A DNA stretch of 42,101 bases from Octopus bimaculoides (taxonomy: Eukaryota). Position numbers and translations under genes: made by a program. The stretch is from contig NC_068985.1 in NCBI RefSeq assembly GCF_001194135.2, forward strand, positions 30,961,396 to 31,003,496. The letters are read 5' to 3'. Every line of letters starts with the position of its first letter. Positions within the stretch are counted from its first letter, which is position 1. The notes beneath the pieces are model-generated. The model searched no databases. It saw only the letters and a list, made by a program, of their open reading frames with translations, and was not told the DNA's origin. Positions 11,801 through 24,695 of this stretch are shown piece after piece.

Positions 11801-13965
11801 CAACATCCAGCCTACAGGGAAACAGTAGGTATGAAAATAAGTGGACAGCAGAGAGGAGAGGACAGTTTGGTTCAAGTGCTCACAATACACTGAACTCCAC
11901 TCAAGGCACTCATGGATCTGGTGGTAATACTAAACTAAGTAGGTTCCCAGGCATGCCACATTTACCAAGTATATAGCAAAATGGATTTCTTTTACTTGTT
12001 GTTATTGACCTGTAGAGATAGCAGGTATCACTAGAACATTACAAACTGTTGAGAGGAACAGCAAGAGGACTTTCCTACCTCACATTGATATCATCCTTCC
12101 CTGTTTTACTGAAGTAAATTTTGCATATCCTTTTCTACATTTTAAAGACATTTAGCAGTTTTTGTGTTGTTATAAGTAAACCTGAAGCATGTCTCTAATA
12201 CGCAATCTTCTACATCATCCCCTATAAATGCGTGACTATGTTGATAAATCTGAATACAGTGAAGTTATTCTAAATAATCTTTCACATTCTACTTACTCTG
12301 ATTGGATTATGGATTTTATGTTGCATTTCCTTTTTCTCTCTGAAATTAAATACTTTAGGAAAGTGTGTACTTTTAATAATAATAATAATTTTGCATCTTT
12401 TATCATGCTACATTGTATGCCTATGGTTGCAACGTAAACAGTTCTGAATGATAATCTATTATAAATTCCAACTAACTTATCCTTTTGTATCAAAATTTTA
12501 TGCAATAGAGACCAGTTTTCAATTTGATATCTATTCATCAGATTTATCTCCCTTGAATTATAATGGCCTGTTCTAATAAATTCATTCAAGAAATTTTTTC
12601 AACCTAAATAAAACTATGTAGCAGGAAATCTAACTGAATTTAGTATTAGTACAATAAAATTTTCAATTTCAATTTTATCGTAATTAACAAAATATCTTCG
12701 CAAATTGAATATTTTATTTTGTCCTTTCCTCCATTCATAAGTGCACTCATATATATGAACACATCTGCATACATAAACTACTTATTTTTAACTTGTGGTC
12801 ATACCTGGTTTTGTAATTTTATTATTTTGTCCATATATAAAATGTTTGCTTTTCTGAAAAGTGGAAAGGAATAAAAATTATTTGTATATGTTTGGTTATT
12901 TTCTCCTTTTCTTTCATATCTTTAGATTTGATATATTTTTGTTACATTAAATTCAATCTATCTATCTATCTAATAAACCTACAAACAGGAGTAATCTTCA
13001 AGTTTGCTCTTACAAAACAATCTAGAACCTTCATTCTACCATCTCTACTATGTACTTTAAGTTTAAGCCATTTTTCTTTTCAACTATAGCAAAAGTAGTT
13101 CTATGCAACCTTTCATTTTCAAGAATTATATAGATAAAACATAAGAAATGTATTCTTCCTGCATGAATAGTATTTTGTATCAGTTTCCACTAGATATCTT
13201 TTGAAATTAGAACAATATATTTTGCGAGGAGTTAAAAGTGTTATTTCTCTTGATTTTAATTCATATTTTCTTAATTGAAAAATGTTTCTGTTAATAGCCA
13301 AATCATCTTAAATACTGTCTATTTTGGTTTTCTGAAAGAAACAGTTATATATGTTGAAATCCAAAAATAAACTGCTTTGTTATTCACTTGTGTTTGATTG
13401 TTAAAAAAAATTTATAAAAGGAATTGATTTGTTTGCTTCACTTATCCATTAATACAATAATATATTTACTCCCCACTAAGAGAAGTAACTCAAATAGTAA
13501 AGACTATTTGGTTATGATAGTGGTGGTGGCAGGGGCAGTAATGAGGACATTGGTGCTGATGATGCTGAATTGAGAAAGATACACAGCAAGAGAATAAAAA
13601 AAGAGAGAAAGATAATAGTAACATATAGAGATAGAGAGAGTAAAAGTTAGAGAAAATGAAAGTAAGATCTGCTAATGGTAAATGATGCTAGTAGCAGTAG
13701 CAGTGATGTTTATATTGAAACTTTGTAAAGCAGGGGTGAAGCAAGTGAGAGATAAAGCTATCTCAGAGTTGTAATGGGAAAAGAAAAGTGAGAGAGAGTA
13801 AGACAGAGGATGATAAGAAGTGAGTGGCTGAGTAAGAGTTAAAGTAAAAATGCCAGAGAAAGAGCAGAAAGTTGAGAGGGTCAAAGTGATACAGGAAATG
13901 GATGAGGAAAAGGAGCACTATGAAACATAGCAAAGTTTGTAACATTACTGCATCTTTAGTTATCT

Positions 13966-13996
<31 letters not shown>

Positions 13997-14210
13997 CCCC
14001 TGCATTTATTTAATGTATTTTTGAAGGCTATTTTAGTGCATAAAGTAATTGCGTGATTGGCTGAAAGTTCACTACACAAATGCTAAGACCTGCATATATA
14101 TGTGTATAAATATCTATATTTCATTGTTCTCTAGAAAATTTCAATCTTTGTTTTCAAAATGATGGAATTTTTTGTTCTTGTATGATTAATGTTGTAAAGT
14201 AAGATATAAA

Positions 14211-14295
14211 CTGCCACAGAATGAAGTCCGGCATTCAGTTTCAATTCTTAGCTGCCACAGAATGAAGTCCGGCATTCAGTTTCAATTCTTAGCTG
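14211..14295. repeat. Exact 2 x 41-bp tandem duplication
   Basis: ctgccacagaatgaagtccggcattcagtttcaattcttag at 14211 and again at 14252. Confidence 0.9.
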
Positions 14296-14780
14296 TAGCA
14301 ATTTTACTTCTCTTTGGAAAAGCATGAACACTGTTATCACAAAACTGCGAATTTTGTCTATAAAAGTAATTACTTTGGATGTGCTTGGCTAATCAGGAAA
14401 AAAGACAAGCAATTGCCTGTGATTGCATTTGTCTGTAGGATTAATAAGTATTTTCATCTTTTTATCTATTAAGTAAAACTATTGTATAAATATTGAATGA
14501 AGCATTTTAAAGTAAACAAATGGCAGTACCCCAGCATGGCCACAGCCTACTTTAAGTCTAAACCCTATTTCTCAATTATAACCAAGGGAGTTCTATACAA
14601 CCTTTCATTGTCAAGAATAAATAGAATAATTAATAAGATTAATTGTGTTGAAAGTTGGCTATGAGACTTTTGTTTCTAATAAGTAGAGCTTCCTAAATTT
14701 TGAAGTTAAGAAAGCAACAATGTTTTTAAATCGTTTGTTGCTAGGGGGAAGACTTCGGCTGAAATTAGTAATTTCTTTAT

Positions 14781-15000
14781 AAGGCAGCAAGGTGGGAGAA
14801 TTGTTAGAACATTGGGGAAATGCTTAGTGGCATATCTTCTGGCACTTTACATTCTGAGTTTAGATCCTGCCAACGTCAAATTTACCTTTTGTCCTTTCAG
14901 AGTCAATAGAAAAACGTATCAACAAAGTATTGGGGCCTATTTAATCAACAAATTCCTCCTCCCTGCAAAATTGCTGACCTTGTGCCAAAATTTTGAAACA
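14781..15000 (+). mobile_element. Degenerate SINE of the same family as 8613-8887
   Basis: Collinear similarity (ttacattctgagtt.., caaaattg.tg.ccttgtgcc) to 8613-8820. Confidence 0.65.
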
Positions 15001-15521
15001 ATTTCCTTGGAGTTATTTGTGCCTATGGCCATGACATTAAAGTCTGATTTCCTTAGAATGTGTACTCATTTCCACAAATGACTGCATTTTTTTCCCTGAC
15101 TGTGATTACTTAATACTTGGTACTTTGCACCAGAGTTGTCTATTCTCATTGTACGAAAGTCATGACACTTAAGTTACTGACAACCACATGACATGCATTT
15201 ATTTTCTTATTTAATCTTTCATGTAACTGTCATAGTAGACATTTAATTGTAAAATGTTTTTCAGAAAGAACTAATATTTAAACAACTATTGGTTGGAAAA
15301 TTCAAGTTAACTAAGAAATTAGAATCTTATTACAGTAATGCATATCTTATTATAGTAATGCATATCTTTGATAAAAAGTATTGCGACACCTTAATATCCT
15401 TACATCATTACAGTAATTTGATCATTAGATATAGTAAGACATTTTTTTTTAAATTCAAGTTAGATGCCATTATTATTTACCATTGAAACTGAGATTTTAA
15501 ATATATTTTATCAGAAAATGT

Positions 15522-15755
15522 TTAACCTCTTTAGCATTTAAACCAGCTATATCTAGCTCAAATATTCTACTTGTTTTATGTTAAAACAGGTCAAATCCAG
15601 CCTCTCACACCTATCCTACATTGTCACTCAAAAAATAAACAATCACATCATTGAAATCTCAGTTATAAGACAATACATAATTAATTCAAAACAATGTGAA
15701 TACACATACGAAATATGTTTTACATTTGACAGTAATCTGAATGCTAAAGGGTTAA
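15522..15755. mobile_element. piggyBac-like MITE
   Basis: Ends ttaacctctttagcatt ... aatgctaaagggttaa: inverted termini bounded by TTAA. Confidence 0.7.
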
Positions 15756-16805
15756 AATATTTATGCTAATATAAAAGTGCTACATAATGCTAGTTGCAAC
15801 AATCAGCATATCTGTATTGAGAGTAAAATGTTACTATGATTCCTCAATGCAGATTTATTGTTGACATGACCAAAACTTGAAAAATTATCTAGAATCCTAC
15901 TTGCTACTTACACATCATGTTATTTATTGAATCTTTATGCTTAAAAATTGCAAACCTAAATTATTTGTTTAAGAAGGTTGGCACTTGTCCTTTGCAGTGT
16001 TTTCATATTTTGGCAGGAAATTTTTCTATTTTTACTCTAAAATATCTAATTGTAATAAAGGAAGACAGAAATATAAAGTACAAGCTTATATCCAAAGACC
16101 TCATCTTTGGCAACATGACAGTGTTTACTGCTGGTGATAGTGATGATGATGAGGAGGAGGATGGGGAAGATGATGATTATGATTGAAAATTCTTCTGTTA
16201 TCTGTTAAGATTTTGATTCCAGTTCTTCACTCTACTGTTTATAGATTTACTTCCGAGACACTTGGTAATACTCCTTACCAAATTTCAACTACCATCTATA
16301 TAGCTATAGTGAATTCAATATTAAACTTTTTAAGCATTTTCAAATTAGTGAAACCTTTCTATGTGTACATATGTGTATATTCTATCTTCTGTCCCTGACC
16401 AACTGCTTACACAGCCACTAATAGACATTGTGTTTTTGATTGGACCAAATCCCAAATAATAAGAATCTCAAAAAGTACTGAAATTAAAAAAAGAAACTCT
16501 TGTAAGAATACACTTCTTGTAAATCCCTTTGTATATAGAATACACACACACACACACANNNNNNNNNNNNNNNNNNNNNNNNNNNNNNNNNNNNNNNNNN
16601 NNNNNNNNNNNNNNNNNNNNNNNNNNNNNNNNNNNNNNNNNNNNNNNNNNNNNNNNNNNNNNNNNNNNNNNNNNNNNNNNNNNNNNNNNNNNNNNNNNNN
16701 NNNNNNNNNNNNNNNNNNNNNNNNNNNNNNNNNNNNNNNNNNNNNNNNNNNNNNNNNNNNNNNNNNNNNNNNNNNNNNNNNNNNNNNNNNNNNNNNNNNN
16801 NNNNN

Positions 16806-16851
<46 letters not shown>

Positions 16852-17751
16852 TGAACCTTCTTAGATTTAAGTTATATCCAGTCTCTCACCCAATTGTTTG
16901 CTTCACACACTCTGCCATTGAATATATCTTTTCTCAATACAGAAGCTGTATTTTAATTAAATTCTGTAATAAAATAAATTGTTCAATATGCTTTTATTTT
17001 ATTTTTAAATTTAATTTGAGGTAAACATGCTGCATGGGTATAATATTGCACTATCACTGATGTGTTGTGAGTATTACATTTGTGTTTCAGGGACAAGACA
17101 CTTAGGGCTTCAGAAGAAATGAGTCGCCTGAAAAACACATTCTTAGATAACAAATCACTGTCACTCTCAAACACAAAAGTAGAGCTTCTATTGTGTCTGC
17201 TTATTTTACCTTACTGTAAGTATCTTCTGAGAAAGTTATATGCAACACATATTATCAGGACTTAAGATTACACTGTTCAGTTTTCTCACCAAAGTTATAT
17301 TTATCTAAGAGTGACTGGAACATGAGAATGGCATCTATATTATCCAATGCATTTTAAAGGAGAAATGGAACACTCTTATATGTCAGAATAGAGGAGCACC
17401 TAAAGCCTTAATAAGTGGAGAAACATCCAAACCAGGAATGACTGACTATATATGATGCATGAATAGAAATCATATACTGCTATTGAAAGAAATTTTCATA
17501 CCTGACAGAGAACTACAACCAAAACTTAGAAAAACCAACAACATATATAGATAACAACCTATTTTCTGTAGGTTAATTAACACATTCATTTCAGTGTTTA
17601 TGCTATTGTATGCCAAAGGACTAGGTTTTTGTACATTTGTGACAACATTGTTTGTGCAGGGCTTAAAAGGTTGCAGTACATAGTTCATTGCTTCTGCAAG
17701 TGTAAGAACATCAGAAGATTGTTTTAAGAATGTCTTCTAGTTGTTGTTGAA

Positions 17752-17925
17752 GGCATTAGACTAGTGGTTAGGCAATAGCACTAACAATCACAAGATTGTG
17801 ATTTCAGTTCCTGGACTGGGTGGTGCATTATGTTCTTGAGCGAAATATTTCATTTTACATTGCTCCAGTCCACTCAGCTGTAAATGAATAATCTTACAAC
17901 AGACTGGTGTCCCATTCAGAGAGTA
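17752..17925 (+). mobile_element. Degenerate tRNA-type SINE (second family)
   Basis: A-box-like ctagtggttagg, B-box-like ttcagttcctgg, and core ttgctccagtccactcagctgta shared with 32868-33182. Confidence 0.6.
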
Positions 17926-18099
17926 TGTTGTGATTCAAGGAAACTGATTAACTGACCCCATGAGTTCTAGGTTTTGAGGCAGTAAAGTCCAGGGAATTAT
18001 TTTCTTTAGTTGTTTGGAAGTAAAATAATGGTGCCACGGTATGGAAAATAAAGTAGCTTGCTGATCTACTCGATTCAGTGTTGTGGTATTTTATTCTTT

Positions 18100-19700
18100 T
18101 CTGTCAAAATCTCTCCTCTTGAAAGTACTGGACTTTGGGAAACAATTCACAGCAATTAAGATAGTGATGTATGCCAGGAAGATATTGTTATGCCATGACA
18201 ATCCTTATTGGTTCACAAAGAAGGATGAACTACTATTGAATCAGTCCAATAACTTCTTGTAGAGCTATGATGGTGCTGAGATGGCTGATTTTGTGGGTTT
18301 CTTCATCCTTGGTAGTCTTAGAAATCCAACTTTCCCACATAACTATGACATGTACATAGATGACAGCCTGGCAAACTGCATGCTTTAGCTTCATTACTAT
18401 GGCAACAGTCCGGATACTTATTGATCAGACCATGTATATGGAGACATCAAATTCATGTGATGAAGGTGGAATAAACCAAATTACATTTCCCTTCCTATTC
18501 AGAGGCCCACACAAAGTTTTCAAAAAGTTTGCATCATTCTCAGCACAATCAAAGAGTGCTTGTGCAACTGAAACCCAAGTGTCTTTTTGGTCAGCTGAAA
18601 ACAGTTTTGGCACAAACTTGGCAGGCACACGTCTCATACCCAAATCTTCAGTGATAATGGACAGAACTAAACAATAACTAATCCACATATCTTCTGATAA
18701 CTCACAGATGATTCAATGATTTCCCCTCACAGCCGCATGCACATTTGTGATGTTTCTCTCAGTTCTGCTGGTTGAGTCTCCCAGAATGTTTGTCAATATT
18801 GACATTTTTTCTGCCATCTTGGAATCGTCTGAACCACTTGTACACTTATGTGCAGCTCATACAATCCACTCCATACACTTTCTGAAACTTTGTGTAGGCC
18901 TCTGAGCAGGTATCATCATGGCAACTTTCTCTGTCGTGATCAATGCGACAATCACATGCTACACACCTTCCTTCCAAGTACTACTGTAAACAGTGGCAGT
19001 GAGCTAGAATGTTAAAACTTAGTGTGCATGCACAGCAGAGTTCAAGGTCAATCTTTGCCAAGTACCTTTACTCTGTGCTTTAGCTTCATTACTATGGCAA
19101 CAGTCAGGATACTCATTGATCAGACCTTGTATATAAGTAGGAATTTCCAGTTCATTTGTAAAGAGCTACTTCCCACCAATATACAAACATCTTAAGTTCT
19201 TTAATGCACTCAATGCTTAGATAACATCGCTTCCACCAACAAATACCACAATTGGAAGCACACCGCTGCTCAACCCCACTCTACAACTATATTCCAATTG
19301 TTGAAATCAGGGCATCTTGCCTCTCCAAAAAGAATTCTACCAAGTAATAGTTACTCCACCACTGATGTGTTACTGCTAATGACTTAAGGGACATTCCATC
19401 AACATCTGTACTACTTTTAGCTCTGGGAACAAGGAAAATTCCACTTTCCTCTCAATTTACCTGGAAGTTTAGGAATCAAGGACACAATCCTTCTAGCATG
19501 AAAGTTGGAACAATGTTGACAACACCACTCCATAGTCCAAAGAATCATTTAATTGCAAATTTTGCCTATCTGGAAAGCCTCAGATACTGAAACAGCTTAC
19601 AATAGCCATCAATAGAAAATCCAAAGTGTTATTTAACTGTCACCACAAGCAGAAATTTTCCCTAAAGAATTATTGGCTGCTTCAGTCATATATCATGTTA
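18100..19700 (+). mobile_element. Highly decayed Penelope-like element interrupted by a mariner insertion
   Basis: Plus-strand remnant IKIVMYARKILL...W...SYDGAEMADFVGFFILGSL (cf. PLE RT ARKxLL..W..MGSYDGAEVxELVG) before the mariner; a weak thumb-like remnant (YNYIPIVEIRASCLS) after it. Confidence 0.5.
18345..19133 (-). mobile_element. Mariner transposase 5' half plus terminal repeats
   Basis: Minus strand ...AYTKFQKVYG...VYKWFRRFQDGR...ISYCLVLSIITEDLGMRRVPAKFVPKL (WVP-block equivalent)...ENDANFLKT. TA-bounded terminus at 19133; a second copy of this terminus at 18381-18438. Confidence 0.85.
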
Positions 19701-21019
19701 CTCCACTATTCCTTGGTCTCTGTAAGTTATCTGTCTTAATAGTTGTATTTGAAGTCAGAAAGTTCTTTCATCTGTCTCCACCTCGAATGAATTTTCAGCT
19801 GTCAATTTTCATCCTGAATCAAATAACATAACTTAATAAATTCTGACCATAAGCCATGTAGAGTACTCTCCCTTGTTGATGACTATGAATGAATAAATAT
19901 ATATATATCACGTACATTGATTGACCGTTGACTGAACACTATTCAATTTTTTTTCTCCGTGTTTTTCTCCTTGTCTCCGTATTCTTTCTGTTGAANNNNN
20001 NNNNNTATAGAAACACAAAGATGAAGACAGGTGTAGGAACAACAAGCAAGTGTATTAGTTTGATGCTTGGGAAAAATGGAAAAGTCTTAAATTTCGAGCC
20101 TACACTCTTCAACAGAAAAGAATAAGAGGAAATAAATAGAGAGAGAATGAAAAAAAAAACGCATTGAGTTCAGTGGCTCAGCACGGTAGGCAGATACTCT
20201 GTTAGCTCTCAGTTAACTTCCAGTTAATGGCTAACCACTTTGATCAGTATTTAACATCTGTGACTACAATTTATTGCAAGTCACTCCATGAATTCTTCCA
20301 ATGGTAATTCCATATATGCTTCACTGGATGGCAAAAATTGTCTGGAGTATATATTTTACAGAAACACGGTAGGACTTTAAGGGATACAAGGATAATTCTA
20401 GATAACCAACGTCCCAACAACAATTGTATTTGATATAACCCATGCCAGTAATATATTCTTGCTCTACTGATTGATAACTGAGCTACTAACTTGTGCCAAT
20501 ATCTTCTCCCCGCCACCATATGCAGTACTTTATAGAAGGAACTAATGTCACTGATTACACTATGCCATAACCTGCCTCCAAAGTAGCACCAACATCCCGT
20601 CTGAGCACATGAGCATAAAAAAGAAGAAAATAGCTGACGTTCCATTGTTACCATTAATACCATGTGACCCGAGCTGATTAATAGAGCCATTAACACCTAA
20701 AAACCATCTTGAATTTCTTTCAAACCTTCCACTCTACTTCTGAACATCTGATGAGATGGGTGTGTCCTACACACCCATGAAACTTTGTCATGTGGGGCTG
20801 AGCCAAACTATTATTATACATATATATATATGTATGCGAGTATGTATGTATGAGTGTATGTGTGTATACACACATATATACATATAGGTATATCTCTATG
20901 TATATGTATATATATATATATATATATATAGGTATAGCTATGTATATGTATATATATGTGTGTGTGTGTGTATATATACGTATGTGTGTGTGTATATATA
21001 TTTGCAAAGACTTATTGGG

Positions 21020-21398
21020 GCAAGCTAAAGCGAAATTGGGATGGCACCTGTGCCCAGCGTCGCCTTTCTGGCACTTGTGCCCGTGACGTGTGTAAGGACT
21101 TTCGAGCGAGATCATTGCCAGTACCCCTAGACTGACTCTTGTGCGGGTGGCACATAAAATACACCATTTTGAGCGTAGCCGTTGCCAGTACCGCCTGACT
21201 GGACTTCGTGCGGGTGACACGTAAAAGCACCCACTACACTCTCTGAGTGGTTGGTGTTAGGAAGGGCATCCAGCTGTAGAAACTCTGCCAAATCAGATTG
21301 GAGCCTGGTGTAGCCATCTGGTTTCACCAGTCCTCAGTCAAATCGTCCAACCCATGCTAGCATGGAAAGCGGACGTTAAACGATGATGATGATGACGA
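21020..21398 (+). mobile_element. RTE LINE 3' UTR fragment with (GAT)n tail
   Basis: Matches 36850-37207 (cactacactctc..gtggttgg..ttaggaagggcatccagctgtagaaac...ggacgttaaacgatgatgat), which is attached to RTE RT coding sequence. Confidence 0.85.
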
Positions 21399-21538
21399 NN
21401 NNNNNNNNNNNNNNNNNNNNNNNNNNNNNNNNNNNNNNNNNNNNNNNNNNNNNNNNNNNNNNNNNNNNNNNNNNNNNNNNNNNNNNNNNNNNNNNNNNNN
21501 NNNNNNNNNNNNNNNNNNNNNNNNNNNNNNNNNNNNNN

Positions 21539-21577
<39 letters not shown>

Positions 21578-21701
21578 ATATATTATAAATTAACTACCAA
21601 CAAAATTTGATTTAAGTCTCTTAATGAATTCTTTATACTGAAATATATATTGAAGAAGATAAATATGTTCATTTGAATTTATACGTTTTTGCGTCGTATT
21701 A

Positions 21702-21734
<33 letters not shown>

Positions 21735-22004
21735 GATAGATAGATAGATAGATAGATGTACATCTGTTTGTTTACACACCCGTCTTCATCTTTTGTTTTG
21801 TTTTTTTGTAAATTCCAACTATATATTGCACGCTCACGTGGTCGCACCAGTTTCATCCTGTCTCTACCTCATACACTTCGATTTTCTGGTCAGCCAATAG
21901 CTCAAACTGGACACGGTAGGCTTTTGTCATATTCTTGTGGCTGCTTCTTAATGGGGACTCTACTGCAGCCTTGCACTTTTTTTGCACCAATTGTTTGGCT
22001 ACTT

Positions 22005-23260
22005 GAAGCTGCATAACTTTTTTTCTATCCAATATCTTTTAATGAGGTCTTCCCCAAAAGATTCTATTCATTGAATTCTTTTAGAAAGTCATAATTAAAG
22101 TATAGTAATTGAGAAATTATGAGTCAAAGTAAACATAATGAGTTACTTGCCCATTTTTGGCCCTACATTTTTTAACATAACTTTTTTTCTACCAAACCAA
22201 ATTTCGATTATTTTGCCAAAATGTAGCTTACCACTGGTTCATCATATTGCAAAAAAAAAAAAACGAATTAAGATTGAGCTAAAACTAAATTAGTGGTAAT
22301 GCATTAAATTGGCTGCAAGTGAGTAAAAGTTGGAAACAACAAATTATCACTTTTTTCCATCACTTAAACAGATGACATTTTTTCTATTTAATATCTTTTA
22401 ACATAGGCGTAGGAATGGCTGTGTGGTAAGTAGCTTGCTTACCAACCACATGGTTCCGGGTTCAGTCCCACTGCATGGCACCTTGGGCAAATGTCTTCTA
22501 CTATAGCCTTGGGCCGACGAAAGCCTTGTGATTGGACTTGGTAGATGGAAACTGAAAGAAGCCTGTCGTATATATGTATATATATATTTATGTATGTGTG
22601 TGTGTTTGTCCCCCCAACATCACTAGACAACCAATACTGGTGTGTTTACGTCTCTGCAACATAGCGGTTCGGCAAAAGAGACCGATAGAATAAGAACTGG
22701 GCTTACAAAGAATAAGTCCTGGGGTCGATTTGCAGTCGAAAGGCAGTGCTCTAGCATGGCCACAGTCAAATGACTGAAACAAGTAAAAGAGTATGGCTTT
22801 CACCAAAAGATTGTACTCAATGAATTCTTTTAAATGGGTTCTTTTAAAACGATATAATAAAAGTGTAGTTTGCTTTTCAGATACCTGAGATACTTTGAGT
22901 CAAAGTCAATTTTAGTAGTTACTTACCAAATTTTTGGCTACATGAAGCTGCATAATACTTTTTCTATCTAATATCTTTTAAAGAATTTTTTACCAAAAGT
23001 TTCTACTCATTGAGTTCTTTAAAAAAAAACATAATTAAAGTATAGTTTTTTTTTCAAATAACTGAGAAATTATGAATCAAAGCAAATAGCCATTACGCAT
23101 TTTTGGCCCTACATTTTTTATCATAACTTTTTTCTATTGAATCAAATTTCGATTATTTTATGTCAAAATATAGCTTAGTGCAAAAAAGCAAATTAAGATT
23201 GAGCTAAAACTGAATTAGTGGTAAAGCATAAAATTGGCTGCCAGTGAGTAAAAGTTGGCC
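22005..23260. repeat. Degenerate tandem duplication (A-B-A'-A''-B') split by a SINE
   Basis: 22005-22332 aligns with 22940-23258 (e.g. tttttggccctacattttt, attaagattgagctaaaact). A partial third A unit is interrupted by the SINE at 22405-22790. Confidence 0.7.
22405..22790 (+). mobile_element. tRNA-type SINE (third family) with internal (TA/TG)n tract
   Basis: A-box-like TGGCTGTGTGGT, B-box GGTTCAGTCCC, tail gactgaaacaagtaaaaga. Reverse-oriented copy at 26527-26855, partial copy near 35265-35450. Confidence 0.8.
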
Positions 23261-23656
23261 TAAAGAATATTATTCACACACTGNNNNNNNNNNNNNNNNN
23301 NNNNNNNNNNNNNNNNNNNNNNNNNNNNNNNNNNNNNNNNNNNNNNNNNNNNNNNNNNNNNNNNNNNNNNNNNNNNNNNNNNNNNNNNNNNNNNNNNNNN
23401 NNNNNNNNNNNNNNNNNNNNNNNNNNNNNNNNNNNNNNNNNNNNNNNNNNNNNNNNNNNNNNNNNNNNNNNNNNNNNNNNNNNNNNNNNNNNNNNNNNNN
23501 NNNNNNNNNNNNNNCAACAAGAAGGGCATTAAGTTGTTTAAAAAAGAAAACGTCCCTTAGTAATATATTGACTTAACTCTTGTTAGCATAGAAAAACAGG
23601 TGAAATGATGAATGAACAGATGAATGAATGAATATATATTTATAAATGTATATGTA

Positions 23657-23872
23657 TGAGAGGGTGCTGAAAAGTTTCTGGCTTTGGGAAAAAGAAAATA
23701 CAGGAGGATCAGTTAATTATAATTTAATTCAGTGCATTCTCCTCTCAGATTCATGCACTTATTGCAGTGGTCCTTCAGTTTTTCTAAGCCCTGTAAAAGA
23801 ACTCAGAAGGTTGAGCCTCCAGCCAGGCTTTTGCAATCCCCTTAAAGCCAAGAACTTTTCAGCACCTCCTTG
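23657..23872. mobile_element. Mariner-type MITE, copy 2 (216 bp)
   Basis: Collinear with 2509-2725, TIRs present, TA on both flanks. Confidence 0.85.
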
Positions 23873-24480
23873 TATATGTGTGTGTATAAATATGTGTGTG
23901 TGTGTGTGTTTGTCTATGTATATTCATATATGTGGGTGCTTGTTTATTTACACAAACATGCACACATTAGCCTTACCAACCCAAAATCTTAAATTCTGTA
24001 TCACAGCATTAATTAAGGTACATTTTTACCAAACCCTTAGAAACAATTTAGGGAGTGTTGCCATATGGTATAAAGATGCTGAATGTGGGGACAGAGTGGG
24101 TGGGATTTTGGAAAGACACTTTATGTTGTCTAAAAATAACCTTCACTATTTATAGTTTTGAGGCAGCAAATCCCAATTCTTGTGTTTTTTTATGAACAGT
24201 TAATATTGTCTCAGAGCTTTCAGAGTTACTCAGGATGCCTTAATTTATTCCCAAGGGAGTAATACAAAATAAAAGTTGGGGTGCTGTCAATTTATTCTAT
24301 ACTGTGAGATTTCAATGTATGCACACACACTTATACATGCATGCATGTGCACACACACACACACACACCTACATACATATATACATACATATATATACAC
24401 ACATATTTATATATGTATATAAACACATACACATGTATAATATATACATATATAGATGTGTGTGGGCATGTGTATACATA

Positions 24481-24695
24481 GTGCCGCCTGACTGGCTCCT
24501 GTGTTGGTGGCATGTAAAAAGCACACACTACATTCTCGGGGTGGTTGGCATTAGGAAGGGCATCCAGCTGTAGAAATCTTGCCAGATCAGATTGGAGCTT
24601 AGTGCAGCTTCCTGGCTTGCCTGTCCTCAATCAAACCATTCAACACATGCCAGCATGAAAAGCGGACATTAAACGATGATGATGATGATGATGAT
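24481..24695 (+). mobile_element. RTE LINE 3' end fragment
   Basis: Same 3' UTR and (GAT)n tail as 36990-37207. Confidence 0.8.

Noticed and set aside
12293-13301. Minus-strand ORFs 12293-12589 and 13119-13301
   Set aside because: The nearby candidate acceptors are followed by stops in all frames, and there is no recognisable motif.
10901-17702. Plus-strand AG...GT exon-like segments (~10901-10957, ~11511-11561, ~17088-17216, ~17597-17702)
   Set aside because: The peptides resemble nothing I recognise and do not chain into a gene with a start. Such splice-like matches are common by chance in AT-rich DNA. RNA-seq would be needed.
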